DNA of 64,000 bases from Eledone cirrhosa (Eukaryota), in assembly GCA_964016885.1 (NCBI GenBank), contig OZ024751.1, positions 47,678,001-47,742,000 of the forward strand. Direction: 5' to 3'. Shown piece by piece: positions 15,133-29,282 of the stretch. Below the pieces are notes generated by a model that was given only the letters and a program-made list of their open reading frames with translations, was not told where the DNA came from and did no database searches. Numbering within the stretch: position 1 is the first letter of the stretch; the number at the start of each line of letters is the position of its first letter. The translations under genes were made by a program, and so were the position numbers.

Positions 15133-15325
15133 AAATGGCTTCTACAGGACTAGAACTGTTTCATTTGGGAGAAATCATCAGGGCCTCCTGATGATTTTTC
15201 CCGAATGAAACAGCTCTAGTCTTGTAGAAGCCATTTCTATATTAAATATTTATACTCTGCTTTGTATTGAGTACCTTATTTACTGTGGTTACCCCCAATT
15301 GAACCCAGGATAAACTTATATATAT
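15133..15325. mobile_element. PLE-type terminus family B as fold-back palindrome (50-bp arms), HHR in both arms, plus 3' tail
   Basis: 15133-15182 inverted against 15187-15236; CUGAUGA..GAAACAG..UGUA GAAGCC. Confidence 0.75.
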
Positions 15326-15344
15326 ATACATGGTATATCAATAC

Positions 15345-15590
15345 TGGACTCTTCTTTTTCGCCCACTTATTTCTGGGAGGGTTACCCACTCCTTCCAGCA
15401 GGTCCTGTCAGAAGCAACCCTCTCCAATTGATCTGGCGAGACCAGCCAACGGATGTTTCCCAACTGTATTGCTCTAGTGGGAAAGGGGTCTCCTCCTGGG
15501 TCTTCCCCGGGTCTCTCGTCGTTTGGTTTTGCCCATAACATCTGTCCAGTGAATCTTTCCTGAGACATTCTAACCCCATGCTGGGGTCGG
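15345..15590 (-). mobile_element. RTE-clade LINE 3' fragment
   Basis: ..RPG..PG.. and QLERVASDRTCW-type C-terminus; similar to the 61805-62200 tail (CCCACTTATT..GAGGGT..GTCCTGTCAGAA). Confidence 0.55.
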
Positions 15591-15628
15591 GAAATTAAAT
15601 ATATTCAATGCTATTGCTGTCATTATTG

Positions 15629-15815
15629 ATTGGATTGGCAGTATCGGTAGAGGGTCGGACGCCATGCTTTCCAGCATAGTTACGTCCCTTTACGATCTGA
15701 GTTCAAATCCCGCCGAGGTTGACTTTGCCTTTCATCCTTACGGGGTAGATAAAATAAAGTACCAGTAATGCACTGGTGTAATTGCTGGCCTTGTGCCTAA
15801 AGTAGAAACAATTAT
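15629..15815 (+). mobile_element. tRNA-derived SINE (Meta-like)
   Basis: Same consensus as 1869-2058. Confidence 0.85.
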
Positions 15816-17140
15816 TGACAATACAGGTCCACAATAAATTTATATAAAGGGTTAATGTGGGGTGTGAGGAATACATATTTATAGATAGCTAAATATGGAA
15901 GCCTCTGAGAAAGTCCAGTTAAGTGCACAAGTGTCAAACGATGGCATCGTTTTATTATATAGATAAATACATGTAATTGAATTAAAATACGTTTGTGCCA
16001 GGATCCGTTAAAAATATCCAAACAAACGAAATGATAATAATAATAATAATAATAATAATAATAGTAATAATAACAACAACAACAACAACAACAACAATGT
16101 AAGTTTTTTTGCGTATGGCCTAATTTTTGTATAAATGCCAACATCTAAAAAAATATAGGCGCGGGCAAAAAGCATATAAATGAATGTGTGCATATAAATA
16201 TGTATATACACGTACTCACAACAGACACGTGTATATATACTTATATATTTCATAAACATACAAGGACATATATATGAATAAAGTTATAAACACGTAGATG
16301 ATAATAAAAAGCCACATATATACTCGTACTATGTATATACAGAAATACACAAATATACACGTACGAACGTCTGTTGGTCCTACGTCAGTTTCGACGATGG
16401 TCGTTCCAGATGAGTCACTCAATGGAACAGTCTGTTCGTGAAGTTAACGAACAAGTGGCTGAGCATTCTACAAACACGTGTACCCTTCAGGGGTGTACTT
16501 TACCTCAACTACTATTTATAGAGATCGTCTATTATTACCGTCAATTCTATGTTGTGAAGACCACATTTCAAATTTCAAATTCTCCGAATGCTTCTTAAGT
16601 CAACCATTATTTACAATCCTAGACACAGACTTAAAATCTTCTAAAATGGCGGAATTAGGGGCCAACGGCTCTTTAGCAAAGTGGTTAATGGATTCGCAAA
16701 ATATCCGAAAGAGAGCTTTCCATTCTTTGCAGGTATATCTATCCACATTTTTCTGTAATTAGGTGTATTTTACTCGATTTTCTTAACTAAATTATTGTGA
16801 TGGAGTTTTTATAATAATCATTTCCCCGTTGGGACGATTATATTTCAAAATAGAGAGGTTAGTCTGTATGGAGATAGAAAGAAAAACATTTTTGAAGACA
16901 ATATATTACTTTTGAGCACTGTAGTAAATGAAATGCGGTGTCTGGAAATTCTTCATCAATAGGAAAACACAGTTTTTAAGATAAACAGTAGAAAAATGAT
17001 CCAATGTCGCTAAGCTATACAAAAATCTTTCGCACATGCGCAAATATCACTTCTGACTCTCTGTTTACTCTTGTTTTGGGATGAGGATTTTTTTTCGTTC
17101 ATTATAACACACACACACACACACACACATTATATATATA

Positions 17141-17340
17141 AGGGCGGTGGATTGGCAGTATCGGTAGAGGGTCGGACGCCATGCTTTGCAGCAAAGAGTT
17201 ACGGCCCTTTATGGTCTGAGTTCAAATCCCGCCGAGGTTAACTTCATCTTTCAACCTTACGGGATGAAAGGTGAAGTTAAAATAAAGTACCAGTAATACA
17301 CTGGGATAATTGCTGGCCTTGTGCGAAAAGTAGAAACAAT

Positions 17341-17342
<2 letters not shown>
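17141..17342 (+). mobile_element. tRNA-derived SINE (Meta-like) with a locally inverted core segment
   Basis: Same consensus; core contains TTAACTTCATCTTTCA..TGAAAGGTGAAGTTAA self-inversion. Confidence 0.8.
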
Positions 17343-17371
<29 letters not shown>

Positions 17372-17737
17372 ATTTATGTATATGCATGTATGTATGTATA
17401 TATCCAAGAAAAGGAGAAGAGAAATGAACAGGGCTGTTTTTTTTCTGAACGAAATATTTTTCGTTTTTATCCTTGCGCACTTTCCTCTGTCTTTGTATTT
17501 TTAATTTCTCATTCACTTTTCTGATGAAGATTAGCATCCGAAACATTAAGAATTTTCCTGCTATATTAAGCGTGAAACAAGTGTATATCTTTATTGTACT
17601 TCATTGTCTGTTGTGATATTTCCGTTTACGTTTTCGCTCATATAAATACATATATATATGCATGCAAACATATGCATACGTACATTTACAAACATACGCA
17701 TGTACGTACAGATATATACGTATATATATACAAAAAT

Positions 17738-17796
<59 letters not shown>

Positions 17797-18809
17797 TATA
17801 TATATATGTATATACATACATATAGATATACATACATACACATATACATATATATATAAATGTATATTGACACACACAAACACACATATGTATTTATATA
17901 TATGTATATATAAATATAGACATATAGGCTATTTTCCTACTACATCAAGTGTTAAACTAATATATTTCTTCGTTGAACTGTGTCATTTGTTTATTATTTC
18001 TGTTTAGATTCTGCATATGCATACACGCATATATATATATACACACATATATACACATATATATACACACACATATATACACACACATATATATACACAC
18101 ACATATATATATACACACATATATATACACACACATATATGTACACATATATATATATATACATACATATATATACACATATATATACACATATATATAC
18201 ACACACATATATATACACATATATACACACATATATACACACATATATATACACATATATATACATACACATATATACACACATATATATACACACATAT
18301 ATATACACATATATATACACACATATATATACACACATATATATATATATACACACATATATATATATACACACATATATATATATACACACATATAAAC
18401 ATAAACACATACATATATATATACACACATATCTACACACACATATATACACACACACATATATATATGTACACACACATATATATACACACACACATTT
18501 ATATATACACACATATATATATATTCACACATACATACTCACATATATATACACGCATATATACACACATATATACACACACATATATATATACACACAT
18601 AGGAATGTGAATGTGACCTGACCCAATCATATAACGTATAAACACATTAAAAGGTTTTACGTAAATATATGATTTTTTTAGTTACAGTCTATGTTTTTAA
18701 TTATAAATCCAATATACAATACAAAAAACAAGATAAAGATGGTCGCATTTCTTTTCTGTTCTTAAATGTCTTTACATAAATTCTTGGTACATTATAAAAT
18801 ATTGGTATA

Positions 18810-19250
18810 AATAATTGTTTCTACTTTTGGCACAAGGCCAGCAATTACCCAATGCATTACTGGTACTTTATTCTATCGACCCCGGAAGGATGAAAGGCAA
18901 AGTTAATATTGTATAAATAATTGTTTCTAGTTGAGGAACAAGTCCAGCAATGTTAGTGGAGAGGAAAGTCGACTAATTGGACGCCAGTGCATTACTGGTA
19001 TTTTATTTTATCAACCCCGTAAGGATGAAAGGCAAAGCTAACCTCAGCAGGATTTGAACTCAGAAAGTAAACAGCTGTAACTATATATTGCGAAACAGAA
19101 TGTCCGACGCTCTACCGATTCTGCCAATTCACCACCCTCTAATAAGGTGTCTGACTTAGACACAACGCTAACAATTTGTGTGGGAGGGAAAAATGAATAA
19201 TTGTTTCTACTTTTGGTACCAGGCCAGCAATTACCCGTGTATTACTGGTG
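18810..19250 (-). mobile_element. Cluster of Meta-like SINE copies and fragments
   Basis: Repeated AATTGTTTCTACTTTTGGCACAAGGCCAGCAATT tails and one long copy at 18918-19140. Confidence 0.75.
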
Positions 19251-19264
19251 TGGCTAAAGTCTGT

Positions 19265-19530
19265 CTGGAGCCCGAAGGTTCATCAGGCCATTGCTAAATC
19301 CCGGTTTCTTTGGCTGAAGCGACTGAAAATACAAAACTCCCCACTAGATAGGACGCCAGTCCATCACAAGGTTAAAACTCCCAGCTACTGCTGGTACTCA
19401 TTTTCAGCTGAATATACTAGAACAACAAGAGATGAAATGTTTTTACTCAAGAAGACAACAGGCAACACAACCCATCCAGGGAAGGAACCCACGATATTAT
19501 GATCATAAGTCCAGCACACTTACCACTTGG
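19265..19530 (-). mobile_element. Diverged tRNA-derived SINE of a second (CORE-like) family
   Basis: Reverse complement reads CCAAGTGGTAAGTGTGCTGGACTT..GTGGGTTCC..TCTTCTTGAGTAAAAACATTTCATCTC. Confidence 0.55.
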
Positions 19531-20165
19531 TAAGTTTTTGAAGATATAAACGGGGATTATGTTGTGATGTACGTGTTGTATTGTTTACATTTCATTTTAA
19601 ATGTTATGTCAAGAGTTTCCTTGCAAAGCCACATATCAGCTACACTTCCTTATTAAATAAAATCAACAACCTCATTTTTAATTTTATTAACCTATCGTAA
19701 ATGACTTTCGTTATTCAAAAGAAACTCCTTAATTACAAATCCGTCATCTGTAAATTGGACAAACTAATTAGTATGTAACGAACAAACACACATGTTCTTT
19801 TATTTCTGTACCAGTTGGCTGATAATAAATAAACACAATAACAAAACAAGTTTTATTTATTTACTTAAATAAATATATATATATATATATAAATAAATAT
19901 ATTTATTTATGTTTGTTTTTGAAACTATTGTGAATATCATATCTGAAATCTAAAAGAATTATTAATTATATTCATTTAATTACTGAGTAAATTAGGTCAA
20001 TCGAAAGTTGCACGCGTTTCATTTTGTCTCAGAGCTAAAAACAAAGCCAAGTTCCATCAGCGTTGAATGTTACTTTAGGCTATGGAGACGAATTGGCAGA
20101 GTTGTTAAAGCGTCGGTTAGGTCGGTCAAAGCATATTGAAGTATTCAATACGTGCTCCGCTGCTT

Positions 20166-20234
20166 CCTACCATGAGTTCCAATCTTTCTGAGATCAATTT
20201 TACTTATATATACGTATATATATATATATAATAT

Positions 20235-20281
<47 letters not shown>

Positions 20282-20636
20282 GTAGTAAGGTTGCTTGGAT
20301 GCGTCCATTGGCGGTGTGCCGGTTGAGCACTCTATGCTCCTTCGGAGCAGAGTATGATATTATGGAAAACGGAGAATCAGTGATGCATCGGAACACAATT
20401 TATTACGTATTATAAATGTTTCTCCGGCGAAAATCTCGAGGTGCGATCTGTTTGTGGATCTGAGTAACTTGCGAATCCAGAGTCAGGTTCGATCCACAAA
20501 CAAATCGCACCCCGAGCTGTTCGCCGGAGAAACATTTATAATACGTAATAAATTGTGTTCCGATGCATCACTGATTCTCGGCATAGAGTGCTCAACCGGC
20601 ACACCGCCAATGGACGCATCCAAGCAACCTTACTAC

Positions 20637-20729
<93 letters not shown>

Positions 20730-20806
20730 GTTATATATATATATATATATATATATACGTATATATAAGTAAAATTGATCTCAGAAAGATTGGAACTCAT
20801 GGTAGG
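20166..20806. repeat. Large inverted repeat: inner element arms plus (TA)n plus duplicated flank
   Basis: 20166-20460 inverted against 20491-20806, with a ~35-bp extra segment in the left arm and a 30-nt spacer. Confidence 0.85.
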
Positions 20807-21091
20807 GCGTAATGAGATCGATACCATTAATTAAAATCTTTCATGATGATGCCCATGATAGCAGCAGTCAAATGAAGGGGAGCAGTAAAAACAATTATAT
20901 ATATTTACATATATATTGGTGTGCCACCTGTTATTTTATTTACCTGTCCTAATATTTCGGGTCTAAAAACCCTTCGCCAGAAGACTATATATTAAGTAAC
21001 TGCATCGAAGTTCGTGCTATTGTAATCGTTATCAGTTTGTTATTTTATTTCATATATACATTTATATACATATATATATATACATTTATAT

Positions 21092-21185
<94 letters not shown>

Positions 21186-21188
<3 letters not shown>

Positions 21189-21294
21189 CTCTGCCGTCAG
21201 GGTCATACTTTCTCCTATTACCCACTCTACTGCCCTAAGTATTGAGTACTCTGATGCGTTATGGTCGATCTGGTTCCTTACCACAACTCCTTCG

Positions 21295-21298
<4 letters not shown>
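21186..21298 (+). mobile_element. PLE-type terminus family E fragment in (TA)n
   Basis: CCTATTACCCACTCTAC..TAAGTATTGAGTACT..TTATGGTC..CTGGTTCCTT shared with the 34963 and 36928 copies. Confidence 0.65.
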
Positions 21299-21330
<32 letters not shown>

Positions 21331-21461
21331 CTGAAAATTTAGAAGTTTCAAAGTATTGTTTTTTACTATGACAAATAATCTAATAAATTGGGCTTAAAAG
21401 TCTGTTTCCTCGGTCCGATTTGACGAAAGTCGATCGTTAGGAATATATATATATATATATA

Positions 21462-21941
21462 CATGTAAAGTTATATTTAAAATTGTTGGGTTACAACTAG
21501 TAAATATTTATAACTGATATAAAAGCACTCGACAAATATTTGGAGTATATTTACAATATTAAATAAATGGAAAACTATATTTATAAAACCATATTTATTT
21601 CATTATATATATTTCGGGGATATCATATTAACAATATGTTATGCCTTCATCAGACAAAATACAATATAAACAGTTTTATAGATAAATATATTCGACATAC
21701 CGTAATAAACATCAACTTCATTTGAAGAGGTTTACTCTAGCAGAGGTTTACTCTGAAGAGGTTTACTGCTAGAGTAAACCTCTTCAAATGAAGTTGATGT
21801 TTATTACGGTATGTCGAATATATTTATCTATAAAACTGTTTATATTGTATTTTGTCTGATAAAGGCATAACATATTGTTAATATGATATCCCCGAAATAA
21901 ATATGGTTTTATAAATATAGTTTTCCATTTATTTAATATTG

Positions 21942-21942
<1 letters not shown>
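21462..21942. mobile_element. PLE-type terminus family C fold-back palindrome (HHR 21598-21658 -; decayed in right arm)
   Basis: 21552-21743 inverted against 21766-21942; left arm carries ~90 bp of extra tail; (TA)n flanks. Confidence 0.8.
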
Positions 21943-22003
<61 letters not shown>

Positions 22004-22008
22004 AATCG

Positions 22009-22071
<63 letters not shown>

Positions 22072-22080
22072 CCGATTTAT

Positions 22081-22138
<58 letters not shown>

Positions 22139-22141
22139 CCG

Positions 22142-22226
<85 letters not shown>

Positions 22227-22306
22227 AATATACATATATAAAAAATATATTATATATATATTATATATATTATATATATATATATATATATAAATCCGAT
22301 TTATAT

Positions 22307-22376
<70 letters not shown>

Positions 22377-22456
22377 ATATAAATCGGATTTATATATATA
22401 TATATATATATAATATATATAATATATATATAATATATTTTTTATATATGTATATT

Positions 22457-22523
<67 letters not shown>

Positions 22524-22526
22524 CGG

Positions 22527-22584
<58 letters not shown>

Positions 22585-22593
22585 ATAAATCGG

Positions 22594-22631
<38 letters not shown>

Positions 22632-22732
22632 TAATATATATAATATATATATATATAATATATATAATATATATATAATATATATAATATATATATAATA
22701 TATATATAATATATTTTTTATATATGTATATT

Positions 22733-22786
<54 letters not shown>

Positions 22787-22795
22787 AATCGGATT

Positions 22796-22826
<31 letters not shown>

Positions 22827-22946
22827 TAATATATATAATATATATATATATAATATATATAATATATATATAATATATATAATATATATATAATATATAT
22901 ATAATATATTTTTTATATATGTATATTTATATATATATATATATAT

Positions 22947-22990
<44 letters not shown>

Positions 22991-23325
22991 TGTGCATGTG
23001 TGTGCATTTGTGAATGTGTGTATGTATATATATATGTGTATTTAAATATCACATAACACTTATCTCTACACATATTGTCAATAAGGTTTTATATTTTTAC
23101 ATAACACTATAAATCTCTATTTAATGTTCTTTGATATCATTTCACTTCTAAAGCTTCCATTCAACATCTTATTCTTCCTAACAGCTAATTAATACTCATT
23201 GAAAATTAATGTAGTGTCTAAATTGTTTTTCTTTTGCAATATGTTGTACATTCTACACTCCACATCATTCTATTCCAACCCCCTATACTATATCATACTA
23301 TACTATATTATTCTATAATATACTA

Positions 23326-23514
23326 GGGCGGGGAATTGGCAGTATCGGTAGAGGGTTGGACTCCATGCTTTCTAGCATATTTACTTCCCTTTACGGTCTG
23401 AGTTCAAATCCCATCGAGGTTAACTTTGCCTTTTATCCTTACGGGGTCGATAAAATAAAGTACCAGTAATGCACTGGGTAATTGCGAGTCTTGTGCCAAA
23501 AGTAGAAACAATTA
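23326..23514 (+). mobile_element. tRNA-derived SINE (Meta-like)
   Basis: Same consensus. Confidence 0.85.
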
Positions 23515-23554
23515 TACAATATTATATTATATTATACTATACTATATGATACTA

Positions 23555-25111
23555 CTAGCATTAAAGCCCGGCGTTGCTCTGGGTCAGTAAGTTACCAAAG
23601 TTAGGTTACACCACCCATTTTATGGCAGCACTTTTTTGTCTGCCAGGCACTGGGTGAATGAATTGCAGACCTGGATTGCCGAAGCAGGAGCTGCGCCAGC
23701 AGTGACAATTGCAGTTTCGCCTATGGAGAGATGTTTTAAAAAAGATTTATCGCTATTTTTTTGTTGTTGAATAAATTTATCTGTTGCTTTTGAATAATTG
23801 TTGTTTGGTCTGAAATGTAATAAGTTCTCTTCGTTGTCATTGAAGTAAATAAATGTTTGACCGTTCCACACTCAAAAACAAACGTACTCTCTCTCGCTCA
23901 CTTCTTTTTTTTCTCTCTCTCTCTCTCTCCTCCTTCCGCGTTCCTAACACACTCAAAAACAAACGTTCTCTCTCTCTGTCTCTCACTCACTTCTTTTTTT
24001 CTCTCTCTCTCCTTCATTTCTTTCTCTCTTCTTTCTTCCGCGTTCCTAAAGGAAGTTTGTAAGGAGGGGGTTTAAGCGTATATGAGAGAAAGTTACAGCA
24101 TGTATGTAGTTTTATCGATTTTTAAGGGGAGTAGAAAGAGGTAATCAGATTGTATTAGAGGGGTAAAGCGTAATGTATTTCGTTTTATCGACTACTAGCA
24201 GTAAAGCCCGGCGTTGCTCGGGGTCGCTCAGTAGCTGTGTTAAAGTTACAATGTTAAGTTTCTTTCTTGGCTTAAAAACTGTAGTGTCTACTGTGCAGAC
24301 TTGCATGTGGTGTTTTTGATTAATATTCCCTCAACCAACAATATGCCTTATGAAGTTAAGAAAACATAACGATAACCCGAATGTTATAACAAAAGAGGAT
24401 GCTGGGGATAGAAACTGCACTGGTTATTTATTAACAAAGATCGAAAATGTAAACACTGCAACGCAGAGAAAAACATTAGCGTAACCAAATTATCAGTTAT
24501 GTCTGTCTGCACGCCTATATCACCTCTCTGCACGACTGTCTGTCTGCACGCCTATATCACCTCTCTGCACGACTGTCTGTCTGCACGCCTATATCACCTC
24601 TCTGCACGACTATCTGTCTGCACGCGTATATCACCTCTCTGCACGACTGTCTGTCTGCACGACTGTCTGTCTGCACGCCTAACGACGAAATATTTGCTTG
24701 TTTTACGTAGTCTTTAAATAGACTTGTTTTCAAGTAAAAATATTGTTTTAAAATGCTTTTAAATGGAAATGAAGCAAAACGGAAGCTTAGTGTTCGAACT
24801 GATGAATTTTGCAGGTCAATATTTTGCTGGCTCAACAAACGCTGAGAAAGCCAGCGTAATTTTTTACGTAAGACGCTCAATGTAAACAGAACAAAGGGAA
24901 ATAACTGATAACTTACGCTCAAAAATCGATACATTATATTCGATTTCGTCAGATAGGGTGGGTCAATTTGAAATATTTTTTTTCCGATGTCTTCGCTAGG
25001 GCTCAATGTACAAGTATAGCAATTTCGGTGCAATTCTGTGAGAGATTCTAAGAGGAGATGTGTGCCAAAAATCGATAGACAGACAGACAACCACAGTTTT
25101 ATATATAGAGA
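23555..25111 (-). mobile_element. Non-autonomous Helitron with 5' A|TC at 25111 and two 3' hairpin-CTAG|T termini (24195 and 23555)
   Basis: Minus strand starts aTCTCTATATATAAAAC..(TGTC)n; ends CCCGAGCAACGCCGGGCTTTACTGCTAG|T and CCCAGAGCAACGCCGGGCTTTAATGCTAG|T. Confidence 0.75.
24500..24679. repeat. 37-bp minisatellite inside the Helitron (~4.5 units)
   Basis: TGTCTGTCTGCACGCCTATATCACCTCTCTGCACGAC repeated. Confidence 0.9.
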
Positions 25112-25839
25112 TTTCCGTAATTGTGGGTGAGATGGAAAAAATAAATAGTCATTGACATAAGTTAGACTATTTAGAACATTCTTAAAGACGTTGAGTAGAA
25201 TCGGTTTGAAATTGTGCAAATATATAAACATGGAACATGCACACACACACACACACACACAACAACAACAATCTGCTTTTTATAGATAATTGTTTCTACT
25301 TTTGGCACAAGGCCAGCAATTATCCAATGCATTACTGGTACTTTATTCTATCGACCCCGGAAGGATGAAAGGCAAAGTATTATACTATACTATATTATGA
25401 TATACGATATTATACTATATTATATTATACTATACTATATTATACTATACTATATTATACTATACTTACAGGATCGATAAAATAAAGTACCAGTAATGCA
25501 CTGGGTAATTGCTGGGCTTGTGCCAAAAGTAGAAACAATTATATTATATTATACTATATTATACTATACTGTATTAAAATATACTATATTATTTTATACT
25601 ATACTATATTATCCTATACTATATCATACTATACTATATCATACTATACTGTACTATATCATACTATATTATACTATACTATATCATTGTATACTATACA
25701 ATACGAGGGTCGGCTGAAAAGTATATAGGTTGACTACGAAGGAGTGATGTTAGAGCTGTGAAATCTTGCATGCAATAATTTCAACTCTTCTTATTAATAA
25801 CTGCATTGTGTCTTTCTGTGGACGCGCATGTCTTACTAC

Positions 25840-26095
25840 CCAGGGTGTTCGGATCACGACCATAAGACCATGTGTTGGATAACCCCTCGACTCGTTGTAT
25901 CCTTGAGCAAGATACTTTATTTCACGCTGCTTCTGTCTATTCACATTGGTTGTATGTGTAATTCAGAAAGACCAGCTTTATCACTCACAATGTCAAACTG
26001 AAATCTCTTTCCTCGTTAAGGGTACAAATGATTGTGGAATGCCCAGCCACTAACGCATTAATATCATGTGTATGTGGCAGTTCCGTCGGTCAAAC
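25840..26095 (+). mobile_element. Diverged CORE-type SINE
   Basis: TGTATCCTTGAGCAAGATACTTTATTTCACGCTGC, as at 51482-51515. Confidence 0.6.
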
Positions 26096-26789
26096 AGCAA
26101 CACCAACATCATTGATAACCCCAATAACAACAACAGCATGGAATTACTTAAGATGGAATTACAGATAGAAGGTTGTGTAATAAGTAATGCAATCTAGTGA
26201 ATAGGAAGAATGATAGGATTCGACCCCCATTAGTTGGTCTGTTGCTCTTTTTGGCTCACAAATTCTTGTGTCTTATGTCATTTACATTCATATAACGACT
26301 GATACCCGTAAAAGGATAAAAGAACATTAGCAGCCGATTCACGTTTTCCACCTGTCTTCGAAAGTTCCAATACAAAGATCCTATTGAACTTTCCCTATGG
26401 ACGTACCGTCATTTAATATCAAATACGTTGGACATTATCATACGTGATAAAATTTATAACATTGCAATAATTATCGACATAGCAATAGCAGGATGTCTAT
26501 GACATTGTACAGAAGCGAACTGAAACACCACTAAGGAATTAGGAAGAATTAGCTATTGAATTATAGCAAATACAAGAGTTAAGAAATACGTCTATCATCC
26601 TACTTGTAATTGGTACAAATTAAATGATTCACAACCACTTCTATAAAAACAATGACAGATTGCTTATGAGGATAGACATAAGGACGTTCTATAAATAGTG
26701 TTAGGACATTTTCAGACATTCGTTAATCTTCGATATTTTTATGCACGGTATACAAGATTATCTATCTACCTATCTATCTATATATTTCT

Positions 26790-27172
26790 ATATATTATTT
26801 TTTTCAAATACCACTTTGGAAGAAGAATCAGGATGGAGAGAGAGGTGCTGTACCCCAGCAAGTTTTATGAAAGGTGGGTGAAAGTGGCGAGAATGGCCCG
26901 AGTGAATGGGCCTTCTCTCTATATCAGCCTGTAGGTTGAGGAAAAGGAGGAGGAGAAGAAAGGAGTACAAACTCTTCGTACTCCTGGAGATGAGGGTTGC
27001 ACATTTTTTCGGGGGTATGTGTTACCCATATAAACTGTCTCCCCCTATTGGGGAAAATCGACTAATTTTTAAATTGCATTTGTGATAACATTTTACACGT
27101 TTTTATTGTATGTAAACTTCCCCCTTTGTATTTGTCCCCTTCTTTTGTGCCCATGTGGCTAATAAAGAAACA
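26790..27172 (+). mobile_element. Tx1-like LINE short 3' fragment next to (TATC)n
   Basis: YHFGRRIRMEREVL..RWVKVARMARVNGPSL; 3' UTR ending TGTGGCTAATAAAGAAA. Confidence 0.8.
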
Positions 27173-27244
27173 TATCTATATATTTCTATATATACGTGTC
27201 TATCTATGTATGTGTGTGTATATAGTATATGTAAATATATGCAT

Positions 27245-27280
<36 letters not shown>

Positions 27281-29282
27281 CATATATATATACAATACAC
27301 ACATGCATACATTATTTGCGTGTTTCTGTTTAATTAGGAAGAGGAGGGCAGTAGCTATAGGTCTTTCCAGGGTCTCTAAGGCTTATGAGAGACAGGAAAG
27401 GAGTCTGTAAATCGAAGACCTGGTCCCAATATTTGAATGTTAAAGAGGGTGACGAAGTATGCCTCTCAGCCGAGGCATTAACTATTCTGTCTATTCGTAG
27501 GTTGATATTTTAAACCAACCACTAAAGGATGAAAGATTAAATTGACACGAGCGGGAAGTGAAATCAGTGAGCTGGAAAAAAATACCACAAGCTATTTTGT
27601 CCTAGGCTTTAACGACTCTGCCAACTCGCCAAGTACGATCTTATTTCAGACTTAGGACCCCTGTGTTAGATACAATATAAGCATCCTCTAACGCACAAAC
27701 GATCCGTTACAGCCTTTCATTCTATTGAGGTCGATAAATAAAGTACCAATCCCATTCAGGGATGGAAGAAATAAATAAATAATGCAGGCGATCAGTCTAT
27801 CTCCTGCCTGTCTGTCTATCTTTCTGTCTGTCTATCTTTCTGCTTGCCTGTCTGTCTGTCTGGAAGAAATCGACTGTGTTCAGGCCTGAACAGAGATAGC
27901 CTCCGCCATATTTAAATGCCTAATTTCCAGCGTATACTTTTACGGTGCCTCTACACCAGGAGTTATAGGTCAACGTCATGTCAGTTAATCGATTAAATAA
28001 ACACCAATATATGACTGGTATTTAATTTTACAAACCCCGGAGAGATGAAATGGAAAAGTTAAACTCGGTGGCATTTGGACTGAAAACGGGAAGAGCCGGT
28101 AGAAATAAATACCGCAAGGCATTTTGTCAGATGCTGTAATATATTTGCCAATACAATGACTTCGTACATTGGCAGAAAGCCATTACTTCCGTAAGAGCAA
28201 AAATTATCGATTGAATCAAACGCAGGTATTTAAGTACTAATTATATTACCATCTCTAGAGAGATCAAATGTAAGTTATTTCATTGACTAGGGGGTGGGGT
28301 GAGTTGTTGAGGCGCTGATATAAAAACTTTGGATTTCACCTCAGAGCTTAAAAGTATGCAACAGCAAAGAATCTTATTTTATCTTTCTGCAATACATTGT
28401 CTATATATTGATTTCTTATGTAGGCATGAAGTTTGACATTTGTAGGGAGTTACATTGTGTTATATCAACACTAGTATATGGTAAAAGTAAAAGTAAACAG
28501 TCTTTAACACTTAGTGACTTCGTAGGGGCACCATCATGATCCCCGGCTTGTCCTGATTATTTAAAAACCTGGCTGGAACATAGCCAATTTCTTTCAAAGA
28601 AAGAGGGAGAGAGATGGAGGAAAGAAAGATAAAGAAAGATAAAAGAAGGATCAACCCTAGCACTGACAGGCTCCTTAAATTATCGACCTCGAGAGTATGA
28701 AAGACAAAGTTGACCTCGGCGGGATTTGAACTCAAAGCATAGTAAGCCAGCAGAATTTTCGAGATATCTCTAGTTCGACGCCTTAAACCCTAACAATTCG
28801 CCGTCTGATATTAGTGTATAACTGGTACCATATTATCTTGATCCAAAAAGGATGAAATCTGAAGTTGACCTCTTTGAGATTTTTGAACTCAGAACCTTAA
28901 TACTTTAACTAAATGTCATAAGTATCTCTGCACACATTGTATGAAACTAAATAATAATGGTTTCTGGCTTAGGCACAAGACCAACAATTATGGGTGAGGA
29001 AAAGTCAATTGAATCTACCACAGTGTGTTACTGGTACTTTATTTTTATTGAACTCGTAAGGATGAAAGACAAAGCTAACCCCAGCGTTGAAACTATAATA
29101 ATTGTACATCTTTGTCCGTCTGTCATACAGACATAATGAAACAGATACATACATACATGCACACGTGCATGTGCGCATACATATGTGGTGGTGGTGCTGG
29201 TAGTGGTGGTGGTGGTGCTGGTAGTGGTGGTGGTGGAGCTGATGCTAATGTTCTCAAAATAAATAATATCAAAATCTCATAG

